A stretch of DNA of 64,000 nucleotides from Candidatus Woesearchaeota archaeon (GCA_023264635.1 JAHFLT010000001.1:35307-99306), one strand, 5' to 3'; counted from the first letter of the stretch, positions 48,658-59,390 are shown. Notes: a model not told the origin generated them from the sequence alone. Program-made: numbers and translations.

Positions 48658-49317
48658 CTAAACCTTTCTGCAATCAGATCTTGTTCTGCGTAATTCTCTC
48701 TTTAAGTCGTCTTCCTTTCGTTGTGCATCGCGAAGGTCGTCTTTGGACGTTTTCAACTCATCCTGATCCCTTCGGAGGTCACGCGCGAGGTCACGCTGCT
48801 GGTCTCGCAGTAAGCTCAACTTTGTCGTGTCAGTGGTGTTTGCCTGTAATGCAGACAAACGGCTGATCTCAGTTTGATCCTGCAATACCCTCTCATTATT
48901 ATCATCTACATCATTCTGCGCTTTGTCCACATCATCTGTAGCAGCATCACTTACTTTCTCAAGTCGCTTGACTTTGTCGTCACAGGTTTCTTCCTTAGGC
49001 TTTTCTGGCTCTTTCTGTGCAGTACTCTGCGCATCTTCTATTTGCTTAAGGGCTTCTTCCTGGAGCGCTTTCATCTTCTGCTGGAACTCAGCATCTTTAT
49101 CCTGAAGCTTCTTCTGGAGCTCCTGAATCTTTAGCTCCATCTGCGCCTGTGCAAGCAGTGCTGTATTCAATCCATCATCTTGTGCGCTATGAGCACCAGT
49201 GATGTTTTCGTTGTAAACGTAATAAACACCCAAGACGCCGCCAATAACGGCTATCAAACCCAAAACCAATGTAAAGAGTAACATAACATTCTTATCCATA
49301 GTGGGCACCTCGCTCAC
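48658..49317 (-). CDS. Single-TM coiled-coil protein
   Basis: TM followed by ITG motif and long heptad region. Confidence 0.75.
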   Translation of the reverse strand: MSEVPTMDKNVMLLFTLVLGLIAVIGGVLGVYYVYNENITGAHSAQDDGLNTALLAQAQMELKIQELQKKLQDKDAEFQQKMKALQEEALKQIEDAQSTAQKEPEKPKEETCDDKVKRLEKVSDAATDDVDKAQNDVDDNNERVLQDQTEISRLSALQANTTDTTKLSLLRDQQRDLARDLRRDQDELKTSKDDLRDAQRKEDDLKRELRRTRSDCRKV

Positions 49318-49459
49318 AGTGCTGGTTTTTTCGTGGATTATATAAATATTACTATTTTAAAGGAGTGAAATTTGTTGTATACTTAATGCCCCCCCATAGT
49401 GACAAAATTAAGGAAATCTTTATATAGTACCTATTGTGGTTTCCAACCAGTGATGAAAA

Positions 49460-49636
49460 ATGGCAAAAAAAATCAAGAAAAAGATAATGAAGAAGGCAAA
49501 GCCAAAGGTCAAGCCCATTATGCTTGAAGCTGAAGCTACTCCACAAGAGAGTGATGAGGACCTGAGAACTATCCTCAACAAATCTGATTTTGACAAGTAT
49601 GAGCTTGACAACTACCTTAATGACTTTTCTGCGTGA
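49460..49636 (+). CDS. Small protein, basic N-terminus and acidic C-terminus (58 aa)
   Basis: MAKKIKKKIMKKAKPK..YLNDFSA; below ORF-track cutoff; stop 3 nt before the next ATG. Confidence 0.6.
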   Translation: MAKKIKKKIMKKAKPKVKPIMLEAEATPQESDEDLRTILNKSDFDKYELDNYLNDFSA

Positions 49637-49639
49637 ACC

Positions 49640-50275
49640 ATGACAAAGTATGTCCTTGAGGCGATTGCAGAAAAGGAGTCACATCAGACAAATCACAATC
49701 ATAAATCGCAATCATGGGATTTTGTTACCCTCACCTGCGCCAAGTGTGATACTATTTATCCTGTCATGTGCGAAGAAAAGCCATCGCACTGCACGAAGTG
49801 TGGCACTGCATTGTTTCCACCATCAAGTACATTGTCACCAAGCGGAGTTGAGGGTGTGGTGGAGACTGTGGTAGCTTTCTATGAGCTCTCACTAAAGCAG
49901 TCGTGGAATAATAAAATTCATTCATCTTATATTTCATCTTATCTTCAGCATCTGCAAGCATGGTTTACTATCAATAATACGGGTGTACTGGGTTATGAAA
50001 TTGCCACAAGAGACATTGCCACAAGAGAACTTTATGCGCATACCCTATTGCAATCTAAAAACAATTTATACATTCCAGTGAGTCTCCTTACATGTATAGT
50101 AATTGAAACAAGTATATTCTCATTTTTCCTTGGATATTTAGCATTGCCTTTTGTTGCAGCAAAAAATTTCGGTGCAAATTTCTTTGGTTATCGTATTGGC
50201 AGAGTCGCTAATAAATATGAAAGGGAACGCAAATATGAAAAGAAGTTGCTACCGGAGGTCCATCATGATCGATGA
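49640..50275 (+). CDS. Zinc-ribbon membrane protein
   Basis: CAKC..CTKC, C-terminal TM. Confidence 0.65.
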   Translation: MTKYVLEAIAEKESHQTNHNHKSQSWDFVTLTCAKCDTIYPVMCEEKPSHCTKCGTALFPPSSTLSPSGVEGVVETVVAFYELSLKQSWNNKIHSSYISSYLQHLQAWFTINNTGVLGYEIATRDIATRELYAHTLLQSKNNLYIPVSLLTCIVIETSIFSFFLGYLALPFVAAKNFGANFFGYRIGRVANKYERERKYEKKLLPEVHHDR

Positions 50276-51284
50276 AAAAAAACTAGACAACGATTGCTTC
50301 CCTGATGTCTTAGGCCAAGAGAAAGTGAAGTATGACATCAAATCAGCAATCCTGTCAAAGAGGCATATCCTTATTGCAGGACCTGCTGGAGTCGGAAAGA
50401 CAACACTCGCCAAAAGCATTGCAAAGGTGCTTCCCTCTCTCTCTGTTATTGCCGGATGTCCATTCCATTGCACACCTGCACAGAGAGTATGTCCAAGCTG
50501 CAAAAAAGCAAAAGAGCTGAAGACAATAACGTTGGTTGGCGAAGAACGTTTTGTCAGAGTGCAGGGAAGTCCGGACTTAACAGTTGAGGACCTTATTGGT
50601 GACATTGACCCAATCAAAGCGCTGCACTTCGGTCCACTGTCTATGGAAGCATTCACTCCCGGAAAGATATTCCAGGCAAACAATGGTATTCTCTTCTTCG
50701 ATGAGTTAAACAGATGTCCTGAGAAGCTGCAGAACGCACTGCTTCAGGTACTGCAGGAAAAGAAGGTTACCATCGGTAGCTATCAGGTGGACATTGAAGC
50801 TGATTTCCTGTTCATCGCTACCATGAACCCAGACGACACGAACACAGAGAAGCTGAGTGACGTCTTATTGGACAGGTTTGATATCATTAGAATGAGCTAT
50901 CCCGAAACTGCAGGAGTGGAGCTGGAGATTATTGACAAATACGGACAGAAGATAGTCGCTGTTCCGAAAGAGATGTCACAGTTCATCGTCTCCTTCATTC
51001 GATTGCTCAGACAAGCAAAAGATATCGAGAGAAAACCAAGCGTAAGAGCAACTCTTGGTTTGTACGAGCGAAGTCAGGCAAATGCAGTGCTGAAGAAGAA
51101 AAAGAAAGTTGATTTAGAAGACATACAGGAAGCTCTCTTTTCTGTTCTCGCACACAGAATCACATTGCGACCCGCAGTGCGCTATGTGCTGGCGCCAGAA
51201 GAGTTCCTGCAGAAGGAATTTACTTCAATGCTCAAAACGGGAATGGGGAGAGAGTTCAGAGAGAATAAAGGGGATGTTCCCTGA
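50265..51284 (+). CDS. AAA+ ATPase (ChlI/MoxR-like)
   Basis: GPAGVGKT, FFDELNR, ATMNP, DRF. Confidence 0.9.
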   Translation: MIDEKKLDNDCFPDVLGQEKVKYDIKSAILSKRHILIAGPAGVGKTTLAKSIAKVLPSLSVIAGCPFHCTPAQRVCPSCKKAKELKTITLVGEERFVRVQGSPDLTVEDLIGDIDPIKALHFGPLSMEAFTPGKIFQANNGILFFDELNRCPEKLQNALLQVLQEKKVTIGSYQVDIEADFLFIATMNPDDTNTEKLSDVLLDRFDIIRMSYPETAGVELEIIDKYGQKIVAVPKEMSQFIVSFIRLLRQAKDIERKPSVRATLGLYERSQANAVLKKKKKVDLEDIQEALFSVLAHRITLRPAVRYVLAPEEFLQKEFTSMLKTGMGREFRENKGDVP

Positions 51285-52452
51285 TGCTCCGACTGAAGTA
51301 AAAGCATTTTCTGCAATTGAAGAGCTGCAAGGCAAGTTGAGATTTACTGAACTTGATGATGCATTATTGCATACTGTTCTTGACAACGACAAGAACCTCA
51401 TTGAGGAAGGAAGAGTAATCACTGATTCTATTAATAAAGGAGTGCAAGCATTCACCCCCAATATGCTCTTTGAGCAGCTTGTGAAAAGTTATCGTATTAC
51501 TGAAGAACTGTTCGGAGAGAAACTTCTTCGCTACCTCACTGGCTATTCAGGAGACTACATTGCACGCAATATGAATATACCGGAGTTTCAGCGTGATATC
51601 AAGAGAAAGCTTGAGGAAGGATTCCAAAGACTAAAAGACAAGCAGCTCGTTGACGAAGAAGGGTGGACAAAGAAAGGGATTGAGCTTGCATCGCTCATGT
51701 TGTATATGGACGAGCTCGACCATTTGGTTCCTAAGGGAAACTGGGGAGATTATGTGCACAAGAAGAAATCACACCATGGTGTTCCTTTTGAGCAAGTAAA
51801 ATGGCAGAAAGGTACCCGTTACAGGGATATTGCAGTTAAGGGTACGGTAAAGACTGCACTGCGTAGACAGCACAATGAGATACTGGTGGATGATCTTCGT
51901 TCTCATAGACGGGAAAACAAAGGAAAAACAACAATCATCTATGCAATGGACGCTTCTGGAAGCATGAAAGGCGGAAAGATAGAAGCGTCAAAGAAAGCGG
52001 GGATCGCACTCGCATTCACGGCAATCAATAGGAAGGATAAGGTAGGGTTACTTGTCTTCAAAGACAAAGTGGTAGAAGAAGTTTTGCCAACAACAAGTTT
52101 CAGCTCGCTGCTGGAAACACTTATTCGAATACGTCCTGGTAAAGAGACTGATTTTGTTTCTACTGTAAAGCGTGCACTTGCATTATTCCCCAAAGGTAAT
52201 GAGACAAAACATCTCATTGTTTTGTCCGATGCGATACCAACTATTGGCAAAAATCCAGAAACTGAGACGCTGCAAGCAATTGCTGACGCAGCTGACCAGG
52301 GGATTACTATTTCGCTCATTGGTATTTCCCTTGAACCGCAGGGTCTTGCATTGGCACAGAAGATAGTAGAGGTCGGCAAAGGGCGTCTGTATATAGCTAA
52401 GAATATAGAAGAACTGGATAGGATTATTTTAGAAGACTACTCTGCATTGTAG
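51274..52452 (+). CDS. vWA domain protein (ChlD-like)
   Basis: MIDAS DASGS, T, LSD; overlaps the AAA+ gene. Confidence 0.9.
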   Translation: MFPDAPTEVKAFSAIEELQGKLRFTELDDALLHTVLDNDKNLIEEGRVITDSINKGVQAFTPNMLFEQLVKSYRITEELFGEKLLRYLTGYSGDYIARNMNIPEFQRDIKRKLEEGFQRLKDKQLVDEEGWTKKGIELASLMLYMDELDHLVPKGNWGDYVHKKKSHHGVPFEQVKWQKGTRYRDIAVKGTVKTALRRQHNEILVDDLRSHRRENKGKTTIIYAMDASGSMKGGKIEASKKAGIALAFTAINRKDKVGLLVFKDKVVEEVLPTTSFSSLLETLIRIRPGKETDFVSTVKRALALFPKGNETKHLIVLSDAIPTIGKNPETETLQAIADAADQGITISLIGISLEPQGLALAQKIVEVGKGRLYIAKNIEELDRIILEDYSAL

Positions 52453-52576
52453 GATCACTCATTTCATAAACGGGTCATCCCCACAATATCCTTCTTTAAT
52501 GAGATGTTTCTCATTCTGAAATCCAAGAGCAGATAATGGTTTAGGGAAGTTAGCCGTGATAAGGTCATATTTTTTT

Positions 52577-52895
52577 TTACAGGAGTTGCACAGTGCGCTG
52601 ACATATGCACTTAGCAGGAGATTTTCTGCATACTTTTCCATTACATACAATTCCTTCCCCTGCCAGCAGCTGTTTCTTTTTACTGCTGTGTATCTCCCCG
52701 AAGTATCCACCTACTGTTCCATCAGATGCAACAACACGATGGCAAGAGATAGCAATCGGATTATCATTCCGCCGCAATACTCGGAACTGCACGAAAGGCA
52801 CTTGTCCCAAGCGCAATGGCAATCTCCTTGTACATCATCACCCTGCCATGAGGAATGGTACTCACTACTTCCAGAACACGTTCTGAGAATTTCAT
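52577..52895 (-). pseudogene. ogt: Frameshifted methylated-DNA--protein-cysteine methyltransferase
   Basis: MKFSERV..IPHG..YKEIA..FRAV in one frame, NPIAISCHRVVASDG in another; shift near 52783. Confidence 0.82.
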
Positions 52896-52903
52896 TTGTT
52901 TTG

Positions 52904-54229
52904 TTATTTGTTATTATATTCCTTGAGCTTCTGTTTAGCTATCTTCTTGAATTTCCCGGTCTCATCAAGCCTCAGCACCATCAAAAATGCTGCTTTTGCC
53001 TTGTCACGTTTGCTCAGTTTGTCATACGTCATGCCAAGGTGCAGTTGATATTCTGCTTCCATCAGTGAAGTAACTTTCAGCAATTCCCTCTCAGCTTCAT
53101 TGTATGAGCCGGTATTATAATATGCCCACCCAAGCGTATCGCGGAACGCATCCTGTGCTGGTTGTTTAGTGCATGCCTGCTTTGCAAGAGTGAGGGCACG
53201 ATCTACATGTTTTCCTGCTTCCAGATAATCATAAGCAAGATTGTTCTGCAGTGCTGCATATGCAGTACCTATCTGCAATGCTTTTTCATAAGCCTCAATC
53301 CCGTTTTCTAAATCTCCTTGATGTGTGCATATTTCTCCGACGGTAAAGTAAAGGTATCCTTCCTGTGGATATTTCTGGAGAAGGCTTTGTGCTATTTTTC
53401 TTGCATCTGCCCAGGCTTCCTTACCCATCAAGCGATGAAGGCCTTTCAGTTGCTTAGAAGAATTAGTATCCACTTTTTTGATCAATGCATATAAGCCTTT
53501 TATCTCATCAGCGGTGTCCCATGATCTATATTTTTGTAATAGTATAGTTCTTTTGCTTTGAGAATCCCACTGTGCATCTTCTTTTACAAATGGGTACATG
53601 ATAGAACTCTCATCATCGACGTGCCCCACACCAAAAATATGCCCCATCTCATGAACATATATCTGTGCTGTTGGTTCCGCGGGGGTGAATGCCACAACCA
53701 TATGATTCCCTTGTAATTCCGCTATTCCTAACGTCTGGTCAAAACTAAACTGAAAAAAACTGTCTATAAGAATCTCCCCGTTGCTCTTGCTGGTTAACCC
53801 AACAACGACTGCAGCATCTTCTGGCGGTATAAACTTTAGGTCATACAATAGCTCATCTAGAGAACCGTTCTCATGGTACCACTCCTCAACCTTCACCACG
53901 TCAAGGCATATCTTGAAGTTCTGAAGATACTGTTGCTGCACTGTTTTGGTAACATCATTTACATTATGATACCAATGACCACCGTTCCTTTCCATGTTTT
54001 GCTTTACCTTGTAATCTATTACTTCTATCAATTTCACATGCACATCGACATCTTTATACCGGTTATGGAAAAAATGATTAGTATCAGCTGCAATAGTCTC
54101 CAATGCCCGGACCTCTTTTCTGAATTCCTTTTCATCTTCTTTGGAATTTTCTTTAGAAGAGGGAATATCTATACAGGACGTGAGACCTACGGAAAGGAAA
54201 AAAAGGCTGGCGAGGAGTGGTTTAGACAT
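52904..54229 (-). CDS. Lipoprotein metzincin metalloprotease with TPR repeats
   Basis: Lipobox LTSC, HEMGHIFGVGH, Met-turn SIMYP, TPRs. Confidence 0.88.
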   Translation of the reverse strand: MSKPLLASLFFLSVGLTSCIDIPSSKENSKEDEKEFRKEVRALETIAADTNHFFHNRYKDVDVHVKLIEVIDYKVKQNMERNGGHWYHNVNDVTKTVQQQYLQNFKICLDVVKVEEWYHENGSLDELLYDLKFIPPEDAAVVVGLTSKSNGEILIDSFFQFSFDQTLGIAELQGNHMVVAFTPAEPTAQIYVHEMGHIFGVGHVDDESSIMYPFVKEDAQWDSQSKRTILLQKYRSWDTADEIKGLYALIKKVDTNSSKQLKGLHRLMGKEAWADARKIAQSLLQKYPQEGYLYFTVGEICTHQGDLENGIEAYEKALQIGTAYAALQNNLAYDYLEAGKHVDRALTLAKQACTKQPAQDAFRDTLGWAYYNTGSYNEAERELLKVTSLMEAEYQLHLGMTYDKLSKRDKAKAAFLMVLRLDETGKFKKIAKQKLKEYNNK

Positions 54230-54378
54230 TTCATTACTTACCCATTGAGTGATATATATACGTTAAGGATATATCCCATATACCTTTTCTCATATATCTT
54301 TGGGGAAATGTAACAGAGGCGAGCAGGGAGTAAATAATATCCATAAGATATAAAAAAGAAGTATGAAATACAGGTAAT

Positions 54379-54762
54379 ATGCACCCCTTCATTGAAAAAA
54401 CAATCCAAGAGCTACAGGCAACTCCCGGTTTGGCCAATGTTTGTGTCTTGGGAGAAAATGATAAAAAGCTGATAGCTGCATTGGAAGAGAAAGAGAATAA
54501 AGGTGTGCATGCATGCTTGGCTAAAAGCATCACGCTTGCGTTGACGCATGATTCACAATTTCGTAATCCAGCAGCGCCGATAGTATTAAAGCAAGATGAG
54601 GGATATGTTTTTCCGCCAGTTCCATTCCCTGAAGTAAAACATGCAGTCTCATCCTCTCCCAGCAGAAAGGTGCATGACTTCCTGGTAAACCTACTGAACA
54701 TCCATACTAATGAGAAAGATGCTACGCTGCTTATTGGTTTTGATGTAAAAGATTTTAAATAG
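54379..54762 (+). CDS. Hypothetical protein
   Basis: 127-aa ORF, FPPVPFPE..SSSP motif. Confidence 0.65.
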   Translation: MHPFIEKTIQELQATPGLANVCVLGENDKKLIAALEEKENKGVHACLAKSITLALTHDSQFRNPAAPIVLKQDEGYVFPPVPFPEVKHAVSSSPSRKVHDFLVNLLNIHTNEKDATLLIGFDVKDFK

Positions 54763-54783
54763 GTACGTCGTGTAAATGGACAG

Positions 54784-55326
54784 ATGCACTGGTTGCTGGA
54801 AAGAATAGAAAAAAGGGTGGATGACCTTATTCCATATGCACTTCTTGTGCTGTTGGTCATTGTTATTCTCGAATTTACAATAAACACTGCTCGTTATGAT
54901 AAACTGATACAGATAATTGATGACATCATCCTCGGCATTTTTACCCTAGACCTTTGCTTCAAATATTATCGTATAAAAACAACTGCCTTATTCTTTAGAA
55001 CATACTGGCTTGAACTTATTGCAGTCTTTCCGTTCTATCTCTTAATTAGAGCGTACACAGCCCTCATTGAGCTCAGCAGAGGGGTTGAAGAAACACAGAA
55101 AGTGCTGCATGAAGCTGCACTCATCAAGGAAGCGAGGTTTTTGGAAGAAGGAAAAGTGCTGCGCGAGGCACGCGTGGTAGAAGAAGAAGCACGTCTCTTG
55201 CGTGAAAGTAGTACCCTGATGCGAACTGTACGACTCATACAAAAAATGCTGAGACTGTTGTATGCACGTATGGTGTTCGCAAAAAATCTTCTTTTCCATG
55301 TACGGAAGAAAAAACGGGTCAAATGA
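54784..55326 (+). CDS. Ion-transport/voltage-sensor-like membrane protein without pore domain
   Basis: S2-like FTLDL, S3-like WLELIAVFPF, R-x-x repeats. Confidence 0.65.
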   Translation: MHWLLERIEKRVDDLIPYALLVLLVIVILEFTINTARYDKLIQIIDDIILGIFTLDLCFKYYRIKTTALFFRTYWLELIAVFPFYLLIRAYTALIELSRGVEETQKVLHEAALIKEARFLEEGKVLREARVVEEEARLLRESSTLMRTVRLIQKMLRLLYARMVFAKNLLFHVRKKKRVK

Positions 55327-55394
55327 AAAGTGATTTGACCAATAGGAGGTGCTCTTAAGTGTCATTAATGAGGATATAATTAGGGAGTACACCA

Positions 55395-56258
55395 TTATTT
55401 GCATTTCTGCGCCAGAAAGGTTAATGCATCAGTCAACACATCATCCATTGTTGGACAATATCCGTGACACCCATTGGAAAGAGTATAGAGTTTCTTAGGT
55501 GCAGCTATTTTGTCATACGTCTGTTTCCCGAGAGAAAAAGGAATAGTAGGATCTTTGGTGTCGTGAATAAAGGCAATGGGATTGGTGAGTGATGGCGCAT
55601 ACTCATCTGGGTTTATGGAGGCAAGAAAGCGCCGCACGTCAAAGAGTTGATGATCTATCTTCCCATAGCCAGCAGTGCTTATGAGTAGGGATCCGGAGAT
55701 TGTCTTGTCTACAGCAGCTGCAATCAGCGCGATTCTTCCACCATTGCTTTCTCCACCAATGAGTGTACACGTCACACCACGTTCACGCATTGCATCAATT
55801 GCACGTAGTGCGTCCCAGACAACAAGATGATTATAAGGTTCTTCTCCTTTTGAGAATACAGTATAATCATCTTCGAATGAATGCACTTGCCCAGTTGTCT
55901 CTCCCAAGCCACGAACATCCACAATCATAGCAGCATAGCCACGTGATGCAAATGCAATGCCCCTATCTTCTGCATTCCTTCTTGTCTTGCCAGCTGCTGG
56001 AATCCAGACAATGCCTATCTTCGCATTTCGCGGGTAATAGTAATCAGCTGCTATCTCTGTTCCCTTGCTGGGAAATGTTACTCCATCCCGTGAGAAGTTA
56101 CCGAAGCCTTTTAGTTCAAGAACTGTTACAGGGATACCGCCGCGTTTCTCTGGATAATGTAAAAGCTCCTCATGATCAACTGGCTCGGCCAGGGAACAAC
56201 CAAATAGTAACAGAAACGCCAACGTTATTACGGCTATTACGATGTGTATTGTGTTCAT
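55395..56258 (-). CDS. Secreted alpha/beta hydrolase
   Basis: GESNGG nucleophile elbow, D and H of the triad, LFGC lipobox. Confidence 0.82.
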   Translation of the reverse strand: MNTIHIVIAVITLAFLLLFGCSLAEPVDHEELLHYPEKRGGIPVTVLELKGFGNFSRDGVTFPSKGTEIAADYYYPRNAKIGIVWIPAAGKTRRNAEDRGIAFASRGYAAMIVDVRGLGETTGQVHSFEDDYTVFSKGEEPYNHLVVWDALRAIDAMRERGVTCTLIGGESNGGRIALIAAAVDKTISGSLLISTAGYGKIDHQLFDVRRFLASINPDEYAPSLTNPIAFIHDTKDPTIPFSLGKQTYDKIAAPKKLYTLSNGCHGYCPTMDDVLTDALTFLAQKCK

Positions 56259-56352
56259 TAGTTTTTATCATCTCATGACAAAATACAATTAAAATATAAT
56301 AATGGTACGTATAAAAAATAGTGGTTTATTTCTGGCATATAAAATGCTCCCG

Positions 56353-57633
56353 TTAAAATGCTCCTGTCTTTTGAAGATAGTCTGTTACATTCTGCGGATT
56401 ATATTGCGCTACCCTCGCGTTGTCAATCCGTTCTTTTCCACCCTTTATCTCATAAGGCACCACTTTGCCAAAGACATGGAATTGGGAATTATAGCCAAGA
56501 GGGCGTTGGTAGATGAGTATGTTCCTGTCTGCGTCAACAGCAGAAATCCCATTTAGTGCCTTGAAGTCACGCACGAGGACATCTGCGATAGCCAAAAACT
56601 GCTCCTTCGGGAATTGGAGAATATCCGGCATATGCTGCTTAAAGTAGAAAATGGTCTCGAAATTAGTCTGGGGGGAAGGATTCACGTACAACACCACAGA
56701 CTCATTCTCGTAAAGAAAAAAATCAGCAATGTTACTTTTTTTCAGGTTGCAGAAGAAGCACCCTCCGTGCCTCTTCTGGAATTCAAATGACTGAAGGATT
56801 TCTTCCATTGTCCTGCCATGGCCATCCTGATTAAGGTCAACATAGGTCTGTGAATGTATCCACTTTAAGCTGCCACCCACCTTTGGCCCGATATTGAAGA
56901 AAAGATCAAATGGCATATAGCGTATTCCATCACGATTAGCGTGGCGCTCAATATTTTGCATTGCAACTGCTTGAGAGGAGAACATCTTGCTTAACGTCTC
57001 TAGTGGCATATCCTCTATCCGTTCATAATATTGCGTGGGGAATGTGACAAGGTTTATGCCTTTGGATATTCGTGTCAGCTCTTTCTCGATTAGCGGCCTA
57101 ACTTTTCTGATGACGACCTCATCGATTACTCTCCCATAGGAAGGGAACCTGTTGATGAGCGTAGCGACAGTACAATTAGTGAGTGTCTCCAGTCTAGGTT
57201 GGTCACTGAAAGGATCATGGTTGCGGACCTCGTCTTTGCTGATGACGATGGAGTAATCCTTTCCGGCGATAATCTCCGGAAACACTTTCGGTGGCTCTTT
57301 TTTTGTGTCGTGCGGTGTTATCGTTTTGATAACTTCTACAACACCTTTGTGTTCTGCTGGCCTTTGGTCACGGAGTGCGCTAATGAGTGTATATTCTCCT
57401 GCGAATTTGTCTGGAAGATGTGTTTCAGTGCCTTTGGTCAAGTCTATATGGTTAGTTGTTATCGGATCCCACCGTTTCTGGAATACCTTCCTTACAGCAA
57501 GATCAAATCCCTCTGTCTCAACGAGCCGTGCAAAAGCCTCTTCTGTGATAATGCCCCAATGACCAAAAGGTATCTTGTCCCGTGATAGGATCAACGGCTT
57601 ATCTTCACATGGCTTATTGTCACTCACGTACAT
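56353..57633 (-). CDS. GalT/HIT-family nucleotidyltransferase
   Basis: NRFPS, FFNIGPKVGGSLKWIHSQ, CFFC; start uncertain (57633 or 57687). Confidence 0.72.
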   Translation of the reverse strand: MYVSDNKPCEDKPLILSRDKIPFGHWGIITEEAFARLVETEGFDLAVRKVFQKRWDPITTNHIDLTKGTETHLPDKFAGEYTLISALRDQRPAEHKGVVEVIKTITPHDTKKEPPKVFPEIIAGKDYSIVISKDEVRNHDPFSDQPRLETLTNCTVATLINRFPSYGRVIDEVVIRKVRPLIEKELTRISKGINLVTFPTQYYERIEDMPLETLSKMFSSQAVAMQNIERHANRDGIRYMPFDLFFNIGPKVGGSLKWIHSQTYVDLNQDGHGRTMEEILQSFEFQKRHGGCFFCNLKKSNIADFFLYENESVVLYVNPSPQTNFETIFYFKQHMPDILQFPKEQFLAIADVLVRDFKALNGISAVDADRNILIYQRPLGYNSQFHVFGKVVPYEIKGGKERIDNARVAQYNPQNVTDYLQKTGAF

Positions 57634-57720
57634 TCCCCCCCCAGTTTTTTTACAGAGATACCTCATTAATAAATATTTCGAGAGCAAAGATTTATAATCC
57701 TACAGCTCTGACCAGACACC

Positions 57721-58080
57721 ATGACAGAACGACCACGGTGGGTAAAAGACAAGACGCTGCATAAGGACTTTGAGGCTATCCAGTGCAAAACATATGACGA
57801 TTACAAAGACCACAAGAACGATAACAACTGTTATACACTCATCAAAGTAGACTTTGAATCGTGGGAGATCCACGTTGCCATTTGCAACTATCACCATGAG
57901 ATTCTGAAGGTATTCATGGGAAGAAGGGCTCAGGACATCTACAACGCAATCTTTGATTATGAAAAGGAACATAACGTGCAGTGGTTTGCTGAGAAACAAC
58001 ACGTCGCTTATCTCGGCAAGGAATTAAAGAAGGCCGAAATTTCGCTTGCACTGGGAAATAGTGGATATTATCAAGAGTAA
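57721..58080 (+). CDS. DUF4346-like protein
   Basis: HVAYLGKELKKAE..YYQE. Confidence 0.75.
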   Translation: MTERPRWVKDKTLHKDFEAIQCKTYDDYKDHKNDNNCYTLIKVDFESWEIHVAICNYHHEILKVFMGRRAQDIYNAIFDYEKEHNVQWFAEKQHVAYLGKELKKAEISLALGNSGYYQE

Positions 58081-58121
58081 TAACCAGAATATATATAAGT
58101 CACTCTTAACAAAATTATGAT

Positions 58122-59360
58122 ATGTTCCGCTTCGCCCATCTTGCAGACATTCATATAGGTGGATGGAGGGATCCTAAGATGAAGGACCTCTCCACGCAAG
58201 CGTTTGGTGCAGCAGTTGACAGAATCATTGCTGAAAAATTAGATTTCATGCTCATCTCCGGAGATATTTTTAATACAGCTCTACCTGCTATAGATAAAGT
58301 AAAAGAAGTCACGAAAAAATTAAAGGAGGTGAAAGATGCAGGAATCCCAGTGTATATAATCGCTGGGTCTCATGATTTCTCCCCTTCGGGAAAGACCATG
58401 CTGGATGTGTTAGAACATGCTGGTTTGTGGAAAAATGTTGTTCGGGGAGAAGTGGTTGACGGTTTGCTGACGTTGTCTTTTACCGTCGATCAAAAAACCG
58501 GTGCAAAGATTACAGGCATGTTAGGCAAGAAAGGGATGCTTGATCGGGCTTACTATGAAAATCTGCAGCGCCAGAATCTAGAAGCTGAATCGGGGTATAA
58601 GATTTTCATGTTCCATACTGCGCTCTCTGAGTTCAAGCCAAAGGATATGGAGATGATGGAGGCGCATCCCCTTAGTTTATTGCCAAAGGGTTTTAATTAT
58701 TATGCAGGCGGACATGTGCACTACATCTTTTCTAAACATGAGCAGGAGTATGGATTCATTGCGTATCCAGGTCCGCTTTTCCCAAATAACTTTGCAGAAC
58801 TAGAAAAGCTTACATGTGGAGGATTCAACATAGTTACCGTAGATGGAGACAAGACGACGCTGGAATATGTTGCACTGCAATTGCATCCCTGTCTAAGCAT
58901 CAGTATTAGTGCGCAGCATAAAACACCTGCAGAAGTGACAGATGAGTTATATGCAGAATTAGCAAAGCATAATCTTGAGAATGCGCTTGTGACAATACGT
59001 GTTGAGGGTGTGTTGTCACAAGGAAAGCCGGGAGCAATACAATTTGAGTCAATCTTTGACGGACTCTACAGGAGAAATGCTTATTTTGTGATGAAGAACA
59101 CAGCCAAGCTCACTGCAGTTGAGTTCGATGAGATAAAAGGTGATGCCCAGCAGGTGGATGATGTTGAGGAGAAAGTGATTTCACAGCATGTCGGAAAAAA
59201 TTCGCTCTTCTCTGCTGAGGAAGAGAAAAAGTTAGTGCTTTCGTTGCTTCAGGCATTATCTATGGAGAAAGGAGACGGTGAACGTACAAGTGATTTTGAA
59301 GAACGTCTCATCAAAGATGCAGAAAAGATATTGCTTATGAATAGACTATCCATTCATTAA
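58122..59360 (+). CDS. mre11: Mre11/SbcD-family DNA repair nuclease
   Basis: DIH, GD, GSHD, GGHVH, YPG. Confidence 0.88.
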   Translation: MFRFAHLADIHIGGWRDPKMKDLSTQAFGAAVDRIIAEKLDFMLISGDIFNTALPAIDKVKEVTKKLKEVKDAGIPVYIIAGSHDFSPSGKTMLDVLEHAGLWKNVVRGEVVDGLLTLSFTVDQKTGAKITGMLGKKGMLDRAYYENLQRQNLEAESGYKIFMFHTALSEFKPKDMEMMEAHPLSLLPKGFNYYAGGHVHYIFSKHEQEYGFIAYPGPLFPNNFAELEKLTCGGFNIVTVDGDKTTLEYVALQLHPCLSISISAQHKTPAEVTDELYAELAKHNLENALVTIRVEGVLSQGKPGAIQFESIFDGLYRRNAYFVMKNTAKLTAVEFDEIKGDAQQVDDVEEKVISQHVGKNSLFSAEEEKKLVLSLLQALSMEKGDGERTSDFEERLIKDAEKILLMNRLSIH

Positions 59361-59390
59361 TTTTAAAAATACACTTATCTTCACTCGTCT

